DNA of 62,962 bases, counting the filler, from Phoronis australis (lineage: Eukaryota; Animalia; Phoronida): assembly GCA_002633005.1 (NCBI GenBank). It is 7 parts of 7 records of this genome, joined end to end, with 100 filler letters (N's around TTAATTAATTAA, not from the genome) between each part and the next. Parts side by side here need not be neighbours in the genome. Positions count along the whole stretch, not along the records: positions 1 to 12,475 come from NMRA01001636.1; positions 12,576 to 18,736 come from NMRA01002215.1; 5 more parts are not named here. The stretch is one strand, 5' to 3'. The notes under the pieces were generated by a model. It was not told where the DNA came from and did no database searches. It worked only from the letters and a program-made list of their open reading frames with translations. A program made the position numbers and the translations under genes. Shown one piece after another: positions 1 through 13,261 of this stretch; positions within the stretch are counted from its first letter, which is position 1; the number at the start of each line of letters is the position of its first letter.

Positions 1-1619
1 GCCTAGACACTCACACAGGTATGATCTTAGCACCCCCACTTCAGCCAAATGCTCTGGATACCAAACCTATCTGAGTGTTTTTGCAAATTGAGAAACTTAG
101 AAATCATTGAGTGCACTAAGAAACCTGACAAAACCATCATACAAACATGACTCCCAAAAGTATAACCAAATTCTGTGACAATCCACAAAGGTTCCCAGAT
201 GAGAGAGGCAGATGACACAAGCTCATAAATGTATGACCACTGACCAGTGTTGAAGGCAGAGTTAGAAGCATTAGAAATATGCAGCTGAGGAAGGATAAAC
301 ACTTGACATTTGATAAGTTAGCTACAACTAGAACAGTTAACAAGTCATCTACACACTTGTAGTTTATCAGCTGACTTCATTCACAAAATCTGGACTGTTA
401 ACCACTGACTTGTGTTACTAACTGTATCACGTCACATTTTGCATCACTACCTGTTTGCTGCTAATTTGAGCTGTTAACTTTGTCATAGCACAGGAATCTA
501 GAAAAATGTTCAAATTTGGCCAACTTCGAAACATATTTCAGAAGTGACTAATTGGATTCACACGAAACTTTGATGTACTACACTTTGGCTGTACTTCATG
601 AGCAAGTTTTCCCATATGTAAAATTGATTGAACACACAATACTTTTCCTTATTAATGGTCTTTACTCTGTTCCATTCGTATGCTTGGAATAAAACTCTAC
701 ACTCAAGGAACCTTGGAGAAGTAACTGACCAAAAGACAAGAATAAAAGGTACACGATATTTCGAAACATAATTGTTTCATTCTCAAGTGGAAGTAAAATG
801 ATGTAGTAATGCCACCACAGAGTATAAGCTGGAGACATACACAGCGGGACACGGAAGGTGTGAAAAACTGCAAAGAATGAAAAACGAAGAAGGTAACAAG
901 AAAGACACGCAAACGTCACACCGCATGTTACACTTGTTTTATCCAAAACGCTTTAGGAATTGCTCTACTTGAATTGATCCACTTTTGAATTAGGGGAACA
1001 AAAATTATGGACATTAATGATTTTCATTAAAAACTCAAAAATTGTACAAAATGAAAACATAATGACAAATTAAAATCCATTACCAGAATTCCTAGATTTC
1101 ATTGTAGACATATCACATGAACATTTGATCATGTTTTTGAAATCGCTGTTTTGCAATCGATGGACCTTCCTTTTTTGCTAAATTTTATTTAAAGACAAAG
1201 TCATGTGATCAAATTTTTGGGGAAATATCCAAAATCCAATGGAATATCACTTTTTGTTCAGGCCGCCGGGCATAAGATGTCACTATACACCACCTGACCA
1301 ATCAGAGGGCGCGAAAACCAGTCCATATCAGACTTACCAAAATAAGTAAGAACAAGAGACAAAAAAATCTGAGGAACGAAGAATAAGTGGTTGTTTAATA
1401 CAACACAAAAAATGATCCCTCAGTGGTATCAGGCCATACGAACCAAGAGATATTTGTATGATGTTAAACTATCCAATAAACAACATATAATGCTAAAGTA
1501 ATGTAATGCCATGCCAAGCTATGCAAGCTGTAATTCCTTTTCTTCAGCGTACTCTATGAGTATCACCGCAAAATTGCTAGCAACTGCCAAGAAAGGAAGA
1601 GTGACGAGAACTATCTGAT

Positions 1620-1923
1620 GTAGACAGGCTGGGATACTGACATGATAATGCTATGTTGTAGATAGGTTGGGATACTGACATGGTAGTGCTGTGTTGTAGA
1701 CAGGTTGGGATACTGACATGGTAATGCTATGTTGTAGATAGGTTGGGATACTGACATGGTAATGCTATGTTGTTGACAGGTTGGGATACTGACATGGTAA
1801 TGCTATGTTGTTGACAGGTTGGGATACTGACATGGTAATGTTATGTTGTTGACAGGTTGGGATACTGACATGGTAATGCTATGTTGTTGACAGGTTGGGA
1901 TACTGACACGGTAATGCTATGTC
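1620..1923. repeat. 38-bp minisatellite, ~8 copies
   Basis: Unit GGGATACTGACATGGTAATGCTATGTTGTTGACAGGTT at 38-nt spacing. Confidence 0.95.
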
Positions 1924-2276
1924 GTGTGAAAACATTGCGGTACTACACAACTTGTACTGTTACAAGAAAACGCCTTAAAACTATCATAATGGTAGGCACA
2001 TAACACAACGAAGATATGGTGGACTGAGATGGCCACCAGAAATAACGTAAACTGGGCCAAATAAATACCATAGTAAGAAATACTAATGTATCTGCATTAA
2101 AACAAAATATAATGTTAAACTATGTAATAAAGAACACATAATACTGTGTAAACTGTGTAATAAACTAAACATAACGTTAAAGTGTGTAATAAACTTAAAC
2201 ATACTGTTAAACTTTTTTATAATGCTTCAAACTAAACACCACCATTGCCTGATTTCTCATGTTAGGATTCTTCCAT

Positions 2277-2459
2277 GTAAAGATATCATGAGATATCAGG
2301 GAGCAGCTATCACAGTAAATAGTAAAGATATCATGAGATACCAGGGAGCAGCTATCACAGTAAATAGTAAAGATATCATGAGATACCAGGGAGCAGCTAT
2401 CACAGTAAATAGTAAAGATATCATGAGATACCAGGGAGCAGCTATCACAGTAAACAGTA
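2277..2459. repeat. 45-bp minisatellite, 4 copies
   Basis: Unit GTAAAGATATCATGAGATACCAGGGAGCAGCTATCACAGTAAATA; it explains the repetitive ORF 2222-2545. Confidence 0.95.
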
Positions 2460-5421
2460 CTACGGATCCCCCAGGATATTCACAAAACAGAACAAAATGT
2501 ACTTTTCAATTTCTCGTTCATTGCCCACAGATGACTCAGTATTAGGTGGGTGTCACTTGTCCTTGTTAAACAGTCAACTATTGGGTTACTTTATTACCCC
2601 CTACTAACTGTATGGGTCACAGTCCCTAACCCTCCTGTTCACACCAGTTCAAACATCATCCGTATCACTACCTCAGGTATTACTTCCATACGCCCACCCA
2701 CTGTATGGGTCACAAAAATTATTTTCAGTTTCACAGGTAAAGCAAACAAAGGAGTTTCTTAGGAGGGTTTAAAGAAATAAGCAAGACCATGCTGGCTACG
2801 TGGATATTCTATGTTACAAGACTCTACAAGTGTTGTTAATTTACACAAAAAGTGATCAGCAATTTGCAATGTCTGAAATTTTATCAAGATATCTTTTACA
2901 AGCCATGTAATGAACTGAAAATCATTTCCTAAGGAAAACAAAAATTATTAAATCATCTGAAAAAATTAAAAAGTTATTGTTGAGATCATCCACACATCAT
3001 TTTTCCAGAAAATGTTTGTTCCGGTTTCGTTACACTGCCACTTTATCGCAGCACAATACTCTGGTCATTAACCCTACCTATACCAGCTGACTTGAGAAAG
3101 GCACTGAAGCCTTGAGACAGGATTAGAACCATGCCTACACCCACCCCAACCAACACACACTGCGGGGACACTGCATAAACTGTCAGCCAGACAGTTAGCA
3201 ACAAAGTTTACCATAAAAATTTGTCGAAATAGTAAAATCTTATAACATGTTGTTTAAATGCCCACTTGAAAATTTGACTCATTAGTTACAATATAGGATT
3301 TTTGGTTTGGCAGACTGACAGAAAAGCTAAGGTGTGAAAACAATGTCAAAAATCCAAAAATTGGCATCTAAGTTAATATTGAACAATTTGGAGGGGCAAT
3401 TGCCAGTACTCCTGTCTTCATTCAGAGAAGATTTGTGAAGAGTGTAGACAGCACATTGAAAAGGAAGTTCAACACAAAGATTATGGCTTTTAAGGCAGGT
3501 CTTTACATCAAACATTCCAGTTACCTGTATAAAGCAGCAACAGGGCAGTGTTTCAAATAGGAGAACTATAAGGTTTATGCATTCAAAGCACATTGTATTA
3601 CAAAGCATAACATCGACAGCATTTACTTGATTTTGGGCAAAATTTACAGAAAGTAGAATTACACCAAAACTGTATAACTGTGCCCAGACAAAGTTGTACA
3701 ATATTGTTATGTACAGTTGAGTATCAGGCAGTAGAGTCACATGTCAGTAATTGATCTAGACAAATATCTTTTAGGTAATTACAACTAGGTGGGGATTAGG
3801 ACAAGTAAATTTATATTTTACTGGGAGGCAAATGTGCCCATTCACGTAGAGAGTGGACTTAAAAATGTTTTAAGTTTGCAACAGTACAAAAGAGATACCA
3901 TGCTGTAAGACGCAAGTCTGTATTGGTACAATATATATCATGCTGTGAAAAATGAGTAAATCCTTTAAAACTAGACTTTTAAATCCCTTTTGCATATTCA
4001 AATTGGAAAAGGAACCTTTTGTAGAGGCTGAGACTTCAGAAATGAACAATTACATATTGTAAAGAATCAAATTGGAACCTGTTGTAGAGAAACTGTTAGT
4101 GAAAAGTGACCCTTCAGATGGCACGTCATGTCTTCTATGCAAGTACTCCCCAGGACTACAACACTTCACATAGATTCACTTCCAGTTCCAATTTTGAATC
4201 ATTTGGATTGGTTTATTGCTCAGGTCATGTGCAATACTAAATTATGACATCTATGCAAGAGGATTGTGTCACCATTTTATCATTATCATTATAATTGTTA
4301 ATTAATTTTCATAACTTCATCATTATCATCAATAGCCAGGTGATACAGGTGATCATACCAGGGAAATACAGGTAAGAATGCTAATGAAAGAGTATGATTG
4401 TCAGGTGAGGTCTATGAGGTCTAAAGATGCAGTATAAATTGAACATAAGACTTACAATAAGTGAACAGAGTGACAGTGACACCTGGTGGCTAACACATGT
4501 CTGTTTACACCACTCTTACTATCATAGGTAAATATGACATTTGAAAATGGGCCAAACAGATAAGGCATACAACATGTCACTGGACCTGGTACACATGATG
4601 ACTGTCACAGACATAACATTCTATGAAAGAACCAAGTTGCACGTGCAGTAAAAAATCTTAATTTCAGAAAAATAATGGAATTGTTGATTGTACTCGCATA
4701 CATGATTTCAAACAAATGAGAGCATTTGATCACTAAGTTTATGGCATGTAAGACTCCAGAAAAATGTCCAAATTCGACAACTTTCGGAATATCGTGACGT
4801 ATCTCATAAATGTGTGACGCATATGAAACTTGCTGTTACTATGGTTATGAACTGATTTCAAAAAAGTTAAAATATAATCAGAAATTCATCCACCCTGTTG
4901 TTAGGGGCTATGAACAATTGCATTTTTATGATTTTTATGATAAAGCTGAAAAGTTGCATGAAACGGAAACTTCTCGATGAGGTCCTACAGATGTGACAAA
5001 AGAGTGTACATAAAACTAAAAATTGAGATTCTGTGGTCACTGAACATGACCTTTATGATACACTATCTATAGACAACTTCAGGGAGCTTTAAGAGAACTT
5101 GCAAGAAATGGAGATCATGCAAGACTATGTACAATGACAGAAAGTGGTTCGTAGTAAACTCAGCACCTTAGTAGCACAACCTACACTAACAAAATGGACA
5201 CTACTGATACCGTAATTGATCAGCACAACTGGAATGTTTGAGTTATAGGAGCAAATTCAGTTTTCTCACTGTTGTCATTTCACTCAACTAATTCAACCTC
5301 ATTTTATCAACTGCTGCCACACCAACAGGTTCACAATATGTTGTACAATGTTTGGATACTTTTTAAACAATTTGTTTATTGGTCATTTGAAACTTAAGTG
5401 CAGTTAAAAACATAGACTTCN

Positions 5422-5588
5422 AGTGGTAGTTTAAGCCCACTACAGAGTGTTTAGCATGGGCAATAGTTCAGACACTGGTAGTTTCTGCCCATAACAGAGT
5501 GCATAGCATGGGCAATAATTCAGACAGTGGTAGTTTAAGCCCATAACAGAGTGCTTTGCATGGGTAATAGCCAGACATTGGTAGTTTT
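5422..5588. repeat. ~52-bp degenerate tandem repeat, ~3 copies
   Basis: TGGTAGTTTAAGCCC...ACAGAGTG..TAGCATGGGCAATA.TTCAGACA recurs. Confidence 0.8.
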
Positions 5589-5995
5589 ATAACACCTTGA
5601 GAAAACATCAGGACCCTGGAAGGTTGTGGTTTATCAGTATCAGTATCCCTGATTTAAAATTGTTGAACTAGGGGGTCAGCTGGGGAGTGACACTTTGATG
5701 AATGATTGCAGTATGTTACAATCAGCCAGAGGGGACAGTTGATCACAGTAGATAAGGTTATCAAAAACACTCAGAACTTCTCATGTATCAAGATCAATCA
5801 CAAACTATAATCACAACTTCTGTGACTGGATATATCTTTTCATCACCAATGTGTAAAACAGACCAAAATGGTAATTTTCCAGATGACAAGGCAAACTCAC
5901 TATCAAACAATTTTAAACCTGAACTACTCCACAAACAATGTTGAATTATGAAGTAAAGACAACGCAGTACTCACAGATGAAAAGAACACTTATAC

Positions 5996-6090
5996 GACTG
6001 GATAAGTCCAGCTGATACACTTAAATGACCGGGTAAGTCCAGTTGATATACTTAAATGACCGGGTAAGTCCAGTTGATACACTTAATGAC
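5996..6090. repeat. 31-bp tandem repeat, 3 copies
   Basis: GACCGGGTAAGTCCAGTTGATACACTTAAAT recurs. Confidence 0.85.
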
Positions 6091-6489
6091 TTCTGCATTG
6101 TACAGATATGTGTTACTGAATACTATACTTAACTGGCTTCTGCCAAGTCTATTCTCCTCAAAGTTTTGAATTAAAACACACTCTTTGCAGGCACGTGGTG
6201 GTGCCCAATATTCACTGCAAAAACAGAGAACATAAATATATACATGAATACATTATTCATATTTAGTCCTCTTCAGTCACTTTGTCTTTACCCTGTAGTA
6301 TCCCATAGGGGTCTCTGCATGTTTGTGGGTTTTCACGCCATTCCGAATGTATTCACAACACTCGTTTTTGAATTGCCTCCCTTGGTAATGACTGATGTGA
6401 ACACTGGGCAAATATTATATTTTGTGCGTAGCGTGTGTCACTCTGAACTTACGACAGCAACCAGAGGAAGCTAGAATCAGCAAAAAGCC

Positions 6490-6640
6490 AGCGTAGTATT
6501 CAATAGCTGCCAGCATACACAAATGTAGCGTAGTGTTCAGTAGCTTCCAACCACAAAAATGTAAACGTAGTGTTCAGTCGCTGCCAACATACACAAATGT
6601 AGCGTTGTGTTAAGTAGCTGCCAACATACGCAAATGTAAG
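6490..6640. repeat. Degenerate ~37-bp tandem repeat
   Basis: GCGTAGTGTTCAGTAGCTGCCAACATACACAAATGTA-like units. Confidence 0.7.
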
Positions 6641-8238
6641 CACACAAAAATGTACAACATGATGGAATAAGTTTGTGTATGATACAGAATTTTTAATCAC
6701 GAGAACAAAAAGAATTAAGAATTAAAAGTCAGTTTTCTGAGCAGGTGTCTACTGTGCTGCCTCCTGTTGGGAAAACCAGATGAGATACTGTTCTGAGAAA
6801 GTCAAAATATGAAGAGATAAGATAATACATCACAAGGTCAAAATGAAAGATCCCAGAAACAAAGACAGCACAAAAGGCACCAAAACCGCAGGGGCAGGCA
6901 AAACAAACCCCAACTGTTGGATCAAAACAAGGTTTCAAGGACACCTATTCTACTGAAGTGTTCAAACAAAGGTTGAAAACAACAGAGAAGTTCAGGAGTG
7001 GGAAGTGCTGGTTTAGGATGAACAATGAACGGATGAACAATGAACGGAAGAACAATGAACAGTTTCCTTAATTGTTGTGGAAAAGTGGGCAGTGCAAATA
7101 ACACTCGGGTCATTGTAGTCGAGGTCTCAGGGATTAAATGGCAGTGAGAAAATGCCAACCAGTTTGTGAAAAGGTTGGAGTTGAATTTAGTTGGAGATAT
7201 ATGGTCTAAGTGACAATTTAACAGTTGAAAAAATGTCATTAGGTGAACAGAGAAAAGCCAACTTGAGGACAAACAAGGGAGGCAGTACATTAAATGAAGC
7301 ACTGTGATATTCACAAAATGTGTGTACCATTTTGTATACCCTGTTCACACCAAAGACATAAAACCAATTTAAAGGTTATATTATCCCTCTGTACACACCA
7401 ATTTTAAAAGATGTAAGGGTGCTGCTGTTATCTCCCTCTGTAAGAGGGTTTACTAGTAGTGAGAGGTATAATTGAGCTGTAACTCTGCATGAAAGCTATA
7501 ACTAAGTAGTTGACATTGTAGTCAAATCTCATTACAAACAATGGCCGAGGTGAATTAACTATAACTACAAACTATGGATACAACAGTTTTAACATGGTCA
7601 AATTCATAAATAGTATTCAAACTGTCCTATTTTGTACTCAACACAATGCAACCAAAACCAAATTCAATTTTCAATACATGACAAATCTCAACACAACACC
7701 TGATATCACTTAAGTTTCTGTTCCGCACTATCATCGTCAGGAGTGTAAAAGAAACCCAGGGAAATGGTCCTGAATGTTGGAATACTGACAATTACAAAGA
7801 AATTCTTCAATTTCAGACAAAAATCTAGCAAAAGCAGCAATTTCTCTATTTTCAGAGGCTTAATAAACCTCAAAATTGTTCAAAATATTGTGACAGCTAT
7901 ATCACACACAGCATGCTAAAAGTACGAAAAATTTACTGCTCGATATTTTTAATGACAACATGAAATTTCACTGGTCTGTCATATTGTGTCCCTAACTGAA
8001 AAAAATTTACAACCTAACGACCTTGGCATTGGCAATTAATAGGCAAATGAACAGAAATGCTTGAAAAGTCAATGAAAAATGTGGCATTTTTAAAACACTT
8101 TTTGTTAAAATTACCATGTACTACACACCCAAATCTACAGTACGATGGAAATTATTGCAGTATGCATGTGAACTTGTGAAGCTCTGGAAAAATGGCATTT
8201 GATAACTTGCATTTATCACACGGATGTCAAGTTGCCTG

Positions 8239-8435
8239 ATGCAGACTCCACACTACTACTAAACTGAGGTTGTCCTAATGCAGACTCCACACTACTACTA
8301 AACTGAGGTTGTCCTAATGCAGACTCCACACTACTACTAAACTGAGGTTGTCCTAATGCAGACTCCACACTACTACTAAACTGAGCAAAGTCAAGTTGCC
8401 CTAACGTAGACTACACACTACTACTAATCCGAGCA
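8239..8435. repeat. 39-bp minisatellite, ~4-5 copies
   Basis: Unit ATGCAGACTCCACACTACTACTAAACTGAGGTTGTCCTA. Confidence 0.9.
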
Positions 8436-9223
8436 AAAACTTGTTCCCAGGACCAACTAGCTCGAAGGTAACTCATAATATAGACAGCATATACGAACAT
8501 TGTATAAAGCTATCTTAATTAATAATGTACTCATTCAGGGGTGGAAACTAACCTACTCTCACCAAACGTGTGCACCCTTATCACATATTGAAAACACGTT
8601 TAGCACACACAAAAAAACCCTAACCACATAACCTCACTCTCCAACCACACTCAATTGTTAGTGTAAGTTACCCTAAACAGATTACATGTTTTTTCAGTTA
8701 CTTGCACTAAAAATTCTATGTGGCAAAGGGCTGGGCATTAACCTTCGTTCACTCAAAAGACAACTAAGAAATGAATGGTCCGCAACAACTTTGGGAAAGC
8801 ATGGAAAACAGAGAACGGCCAATGATACACTCCAGTCACCACTTGGTCAGTGACAGGAAACCTTTTGTTATATGTGAAGTAATGAGCTATTCTATACAGA
8901 AGATAATGGGTTCACCTGAGTAAACCAGGTATTCCATAAACACAAGAATCTAGTGAAGGAAGCTACTGTCGTCACTTGCTTAGCTTGTACTAAATGGAAA
9001 TATCTTGCAGTCTTGTGACTACAGAACGCATGCCAGATATGAAGAATGAATTGAGAAAGTTATGATTATTTACCCAACAACCAATCCAAATTGAGGATTT
9101 TTGCACGAGCATTTGTCCAAAGGTCGACGCTCCCAACAAATGATTTGCTAAATGCAAATGCTTGTTTTCATTCAAATCATTCGTTGACATTTGTTTTTTA
9201 AGTTCACTGCCGTTTTCACAAAG

Positions 9224-10661
9224 ATGTGGCTAGCCTTCAGGTGAGGCTGGCCTTCAGGTGAGGCTGGCCTTAAGATGGGGCTGGCCTTCAGTTGTGGCTG
9301 GCCTTCAGGTGTGGCTGGCNNNNNNNNNNNNNNNNNNNNNNNNNNNNNNNNNNNNNNNNNNNNNNNNNNNNNNNNNNNNNNNNNNNNNNNNNNNNNNNNN
9401 NNNNNNNNNNNNNNNNNNNNNNNNNNNNNNNNNNNNNNNNNNNNNNNNNNNNNNNNNNNNNNNNNNNNNNNNNNNNNNNNNNNNNNNNNNNNNNNNNNNN
9501 NNNNNNNNNNNNNNNNNNNNNNNNNNNNNNNNNNNNNNNNNNNNNNNNNNNNNNNNNNNNNNNNNNNNNNNNNNNNNNNNNNNNNNNNNNNNNNNNNNNN
9601 NNNNNNNNNNNNNNNNNNNNNNNNNNNNNNNNNNNNNNNNNNNNNNNNNNNNNNNNNNNNNNNNNNNNNNNNNNNNNNNNNNNNNNNNNNNNNNNNNNNN
9701 NNNNNNNNNNNNNNNNNNNNNNNNNNNNNNNNNNNNNNNNNNNNNNNNNNNNNNNNNNNNNNNNNNNNNNNNNNNNNNNNNNNNNNNNNNNNNNNNNNNN
9801 NNNNNNNNNNNNNNNNNNNNNNNNNNNNNNNNNNNNNNNNNNNNNNNNNNNNNNNNNNNNNNNNNNNNNNNNNNNNNNNNNNNNNNNNNNNNNNNNNNNN
9901 NNNNNNNNNNNNNNNNNNNNNNNNNNNNNNNNNNNNNNNNNNNNNNNNNNNNNNNNNNNNNNNNNNNNNNNNNNNNNNNNNNNNNNNNNNNNNNNNNNNN
10001 NNNNNNNNNNNNNNNNNNNNNNNNNNNNNNNNNNNNNNNNNNNNNNNNNNNNNNNNNNNNNNNNNNNNNNNNNNNNNNNNNNNNNNNNNNNNNNNNNNNN
10101 NNNNNNNNNNNNNNNNNNNNNNNNNNNAAAAAAAAAAAAAAAAACTGTCCCGACGGGGCAGTATAAAGACAAGCAATCAGTAGCATGACAGCTGTTGCCA
10201 GAAAGCCGGCTTCATGTGAACCAACTCTAAGCTGTTGCCATCAAGCCAGCTCCACCTCTACGATGTCAGTAACGCTGTTGCCATCCAGCCAGCGTCTCGT
10301 ATCCAGAAGAAGATCAAGCACACCACCTCTACCACCACCGGCCTACCAGGTCCTGCCCTCGATCCGCGTCCACATCAATCACAGCAAGGACAGAAGGCGA
10401 GATCCTCCGATCTCGCGAAGCTGTCTGAGGGCTTCGCCCTCATCTACTCTCTCACAGATGAGGCTGGCCTTAAGATGGGGCTGGCCTTCAGGTGGAGCTG
10501 GCCTTCAGGTGTGACTGGCCTTAAGGTGGGGCTGGCCTTAAGGTGGGGCTGACCTTCAGGTGGAGCTGGCCTTCAGGTGGGGCTGGCCTTAAGGTGGGGC
10601 TGGCCTTCAGGTGTGGCTGGCCTTACGGTGGGGCTGGCCTTCAGGTGTGGCTGGCCTTAAG
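9224..10661. repeat. 17-bp GC-rich minisatellite flanking an 808-N gap and a unique insert
   Basis: GGTG(G/T/A)GGCTGGCCTT(C/A)A units at 9224-9319 and 10456-10661. Confidence 0.9.
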
Positions 10662-11862
10662 AGTGGCAGACTGGTTTGTGCCCAGATATTAAGTCATGTT
10701 GAGAAACCATTGACTTGAAGCAAGATTGCACAAAATGACTGATATCATGGCAAAACTGAGGGAGAACAAATTATTCCATTCATGAAATTTGCACAGACTA
10801 GCATAAATCTTGACATTTTCAACACATTCAAAACTATGATCAAAATCAAATTGTCTATTGCTACAGTTCTGATAGGGTACTCAGCATCATAGAATACAGG
10901 GTAGATAGGAACAAAACACAAGTTCAGCGATACTACAGAGCACTGTCAACACTACTGATGTAGCTGTGTAACTGAGGGGAGTCAGTGGGCAGATTGCCAA
11001 AACTTGACAACTTCCTGAAATCTCTACACACACAATGAGTAGAGGTGGGTGAATGTAGTCAACCAAGCGTGATTCCTGTTAAAACATCTCTACTCACAAT
11101 TATACTTGTCAAGATCATTTATCACAAAGAAAAAAACAGTTAACCTACTCAGTCTGGGCAAAATATAGGACAATATTCAAGGGATAGTTAATACAGAGTC
11201 ACTTTAACATGACTAGTAAGAGTTCAGAAGGCAAGTCTAAAAATCCTTTAACGAGAACGTAGCACAAGCGATTCATGCTGGATGTTAACAATGATCAACT
11301 TAATACATAACGAGGATTTCCAAAAGAGCCCCCTCCAACATAAACCCCACCTTTTGGAAATGAGGACTGGGGCACTTTCGGAATCGTGTTGCATTTTTGA
11401 TGCAGGACAAAGGTATGAAGTGCAAAATGTGGCAAAAAATCATTTCAATTTTGGTACTTGAAATAACTGTTAAGATATTTCAAGTTTATCAGTGACTCGT
11501 CAGAGGAGTGACCAGATTACTGCATTGCAGTCAGACTGCGGCTAATTTTAACAGAGAAACACTGCAGGTATTTCAAGTCAACCAAAATTAAAATGTATAC
11601 TGAAACAAAAGCACTTCCTCTGATGCAACCATAACTAAGTTGAATTACTTAAGATTGATCTCAAGTGTAGCCACTTACTAAGTGTAGCCACTTACCAAGT
11701 GAGCAATTGGGGAGAAGTACAATCACTTCCGGAAAGTAGGGAATTTGTGAACAAACACCCAGGAGACTACATCTGATAGTTAGGTTTATTCATCATGTAC
11801 TCTTCAGAGGGTAACAGACCAGTGTCTAATTAGATATTAGAAATTGTTAGAACACTCATGCA

Positions 11863-11985
11863 AAAGAAACAATGTCAATCAACCAATTACTACATGAGAA
11901 AAAATAAAATTCACGACATTATATAAAGAAACAATGTCAATCAACCAATTACTACATGAGAAAAAATAAAATTCACGACATCATA
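11863..11985. repeat. ~62-bp direct tandem duplication
   Basis: AAAGAAACAATGTCAATCAACCAATTACTACATGAGAAAAAATAAAATTCACGACAT occurs twice. Confidence 0.9.
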
Positions 11986-12224
11986 TATGGAAATAAATAT
12001 TCCATGCCATTTTTTCTGGTTAATTCTTTAAACTTATCGAGTTTCATTTTATTTAATAAAGCATGTTGAGTATCAACATACAGCAAACATAAACCCAGTT
12101 CAGTATGACGGTGTTTCACTGAGGAGTCAACTGTGCAGCAACATGAATACATGCGATTTTATCTGTTATCTGTCTAAAAATGTAGGTGTCCAATAAACAA
12201 TTACCCCCACACTAACTGCTCTCC

Positions 12225-12475
12225 AGGGATGTCTGGAGGGACCCCATGGGACAAACAGGGATGTCTGAAGGGACACTATGGAGTCATACAGGGATGTCTG
12301 AAGGGACACTATGGAGTCATACAGGGATGTCTGAAGAGACACTATGCATTCATACACTGTCTGAAGGGACACTATGGAGTCATACGGGGATGTTTGAAGG
12401 GACCCTATGGAGCCATACAGGGATGTCTGAAGGGACACTATGGAGTCATACAGGGATGTCTGAAGAGACACTATG
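12225..12475. repeat. 33-bp minisatellite running into a contig end
   Basis: Unit CAGGGATGTCTGAAGGGACACTATGGAGTCATA, ~7.5 copies. Confidence 0.95.
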
Positions 12476-12575
12476 NNNNNNNNNNNNNNNNNNNNNNNNN
12501 NNNNNNNNNNNNNNNNNNNTTAATTAATTAANNNNNNNNNNNNNNNNNNNNNNNNNNNNNNNNNNNNNNNNNNNN
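12476..12575. other. Artificial contig spacer (44 N + TTAATTAATTAA + 44 N); also 18737-18836, 48876-48975, 52490-52589, 57292-57391, 58622-58721
   Basis: Six identical 100-nt structures; TTAATTAATTAA is a palindrome with stops in all six frames. Confidence 0.97.
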
Positions 12576-13059
12576 CTATAAAGTTGATGTCAACTTGTTC
12601 CTTACTTAGATGAGAAGTGATTTCTGAGTTTGCAAAGAACTGAAAGTTTATCATTGAGGCCTTGAGACCAAGGTTTTTACTTAGAATGTCACGCCGTGAT
12701 AAGTCAACTTGTGCACCCTGGTCTTATGCAACAACGAATTGTCAGCTCTTCCGAAGTCCTGAAATCACCTCTAATTTGACTAAGGTACAAATACTAAACG
12801 GAAAGTGGTGTAGCTCAAAAATCGTTTTCTTGTGACAGAAATCGGATTTATAAGTAAGCCGCCGCTACATCAAATTTCTCTATGATGTCATACTAAACAT
12901 GGAAGTAGACCTTGTGTGAATTAAATTCTTGATAAAAAGATCTAATGGGGCTATTCGACGAATTCTCTTCGCGGTGTCGCTGCTGTACTAGTGGTGATTG
13001 AATTGCGCATGCGTCGCTGTTTGCCTATAAACAACTGGTAAAAAGACGGAATTGTTATC

Positions 13060-13261
13060 AAAAATGTCGTCGCACTAAGCCTTGTTAATGTGATTTTCCC
13101 GTGTGGTAAAAAATTCTCAACAGATCTAAGGTTACTACATGCGTGGAGAATAGCGGTCTAAAGGGTCTACCAATAAACAAAAAGTGTTTGGATGCCCAAG
13201 CCTCACCCCAGGTGTGTGCTCTATGCCTTTCCATTGAGAGACTACATAATCACGTTACTTG
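13060..13261 (+). pseudogene. THAP zinc-finger remnant (transposase N-terminus)
   Basis: LLHAWRIAV*RVYQ*TKSVWMPKPHPR then shifted VCS-like and DY fits THAP W..A..R...W.P....VCS.HF...DY. Has stops and a frameshift; followed by a gtaagt donor. Confidence 0.6.

Noticed and set aside
1620-2459. Regularly spaced 38- and 45-bp repeats as CRISPR arrays
   Set aside because: Head-to-tail units with no unique spacers, no cas genes, and a eukaryotic context.
3330-3760. Possible SWIM/transposon ORF remnant on the + strand
   Set aside because: Several stops and no intact Cys/His motif; cannot be supported by eye.
9172-10188. Long ORFs of 285-387 aa (also 37555-38718 and 37648-38505)
   Set aside because: They are open only because they cross N gaps.
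12166-12531. Repetitive ORFs (SLQTSLYDSIV / GCLKGHYGVIQ), also 2222-2545 and 27050-27386
   Set aside because: By-products of minisatellites; open in several frames with no splice or homology support.
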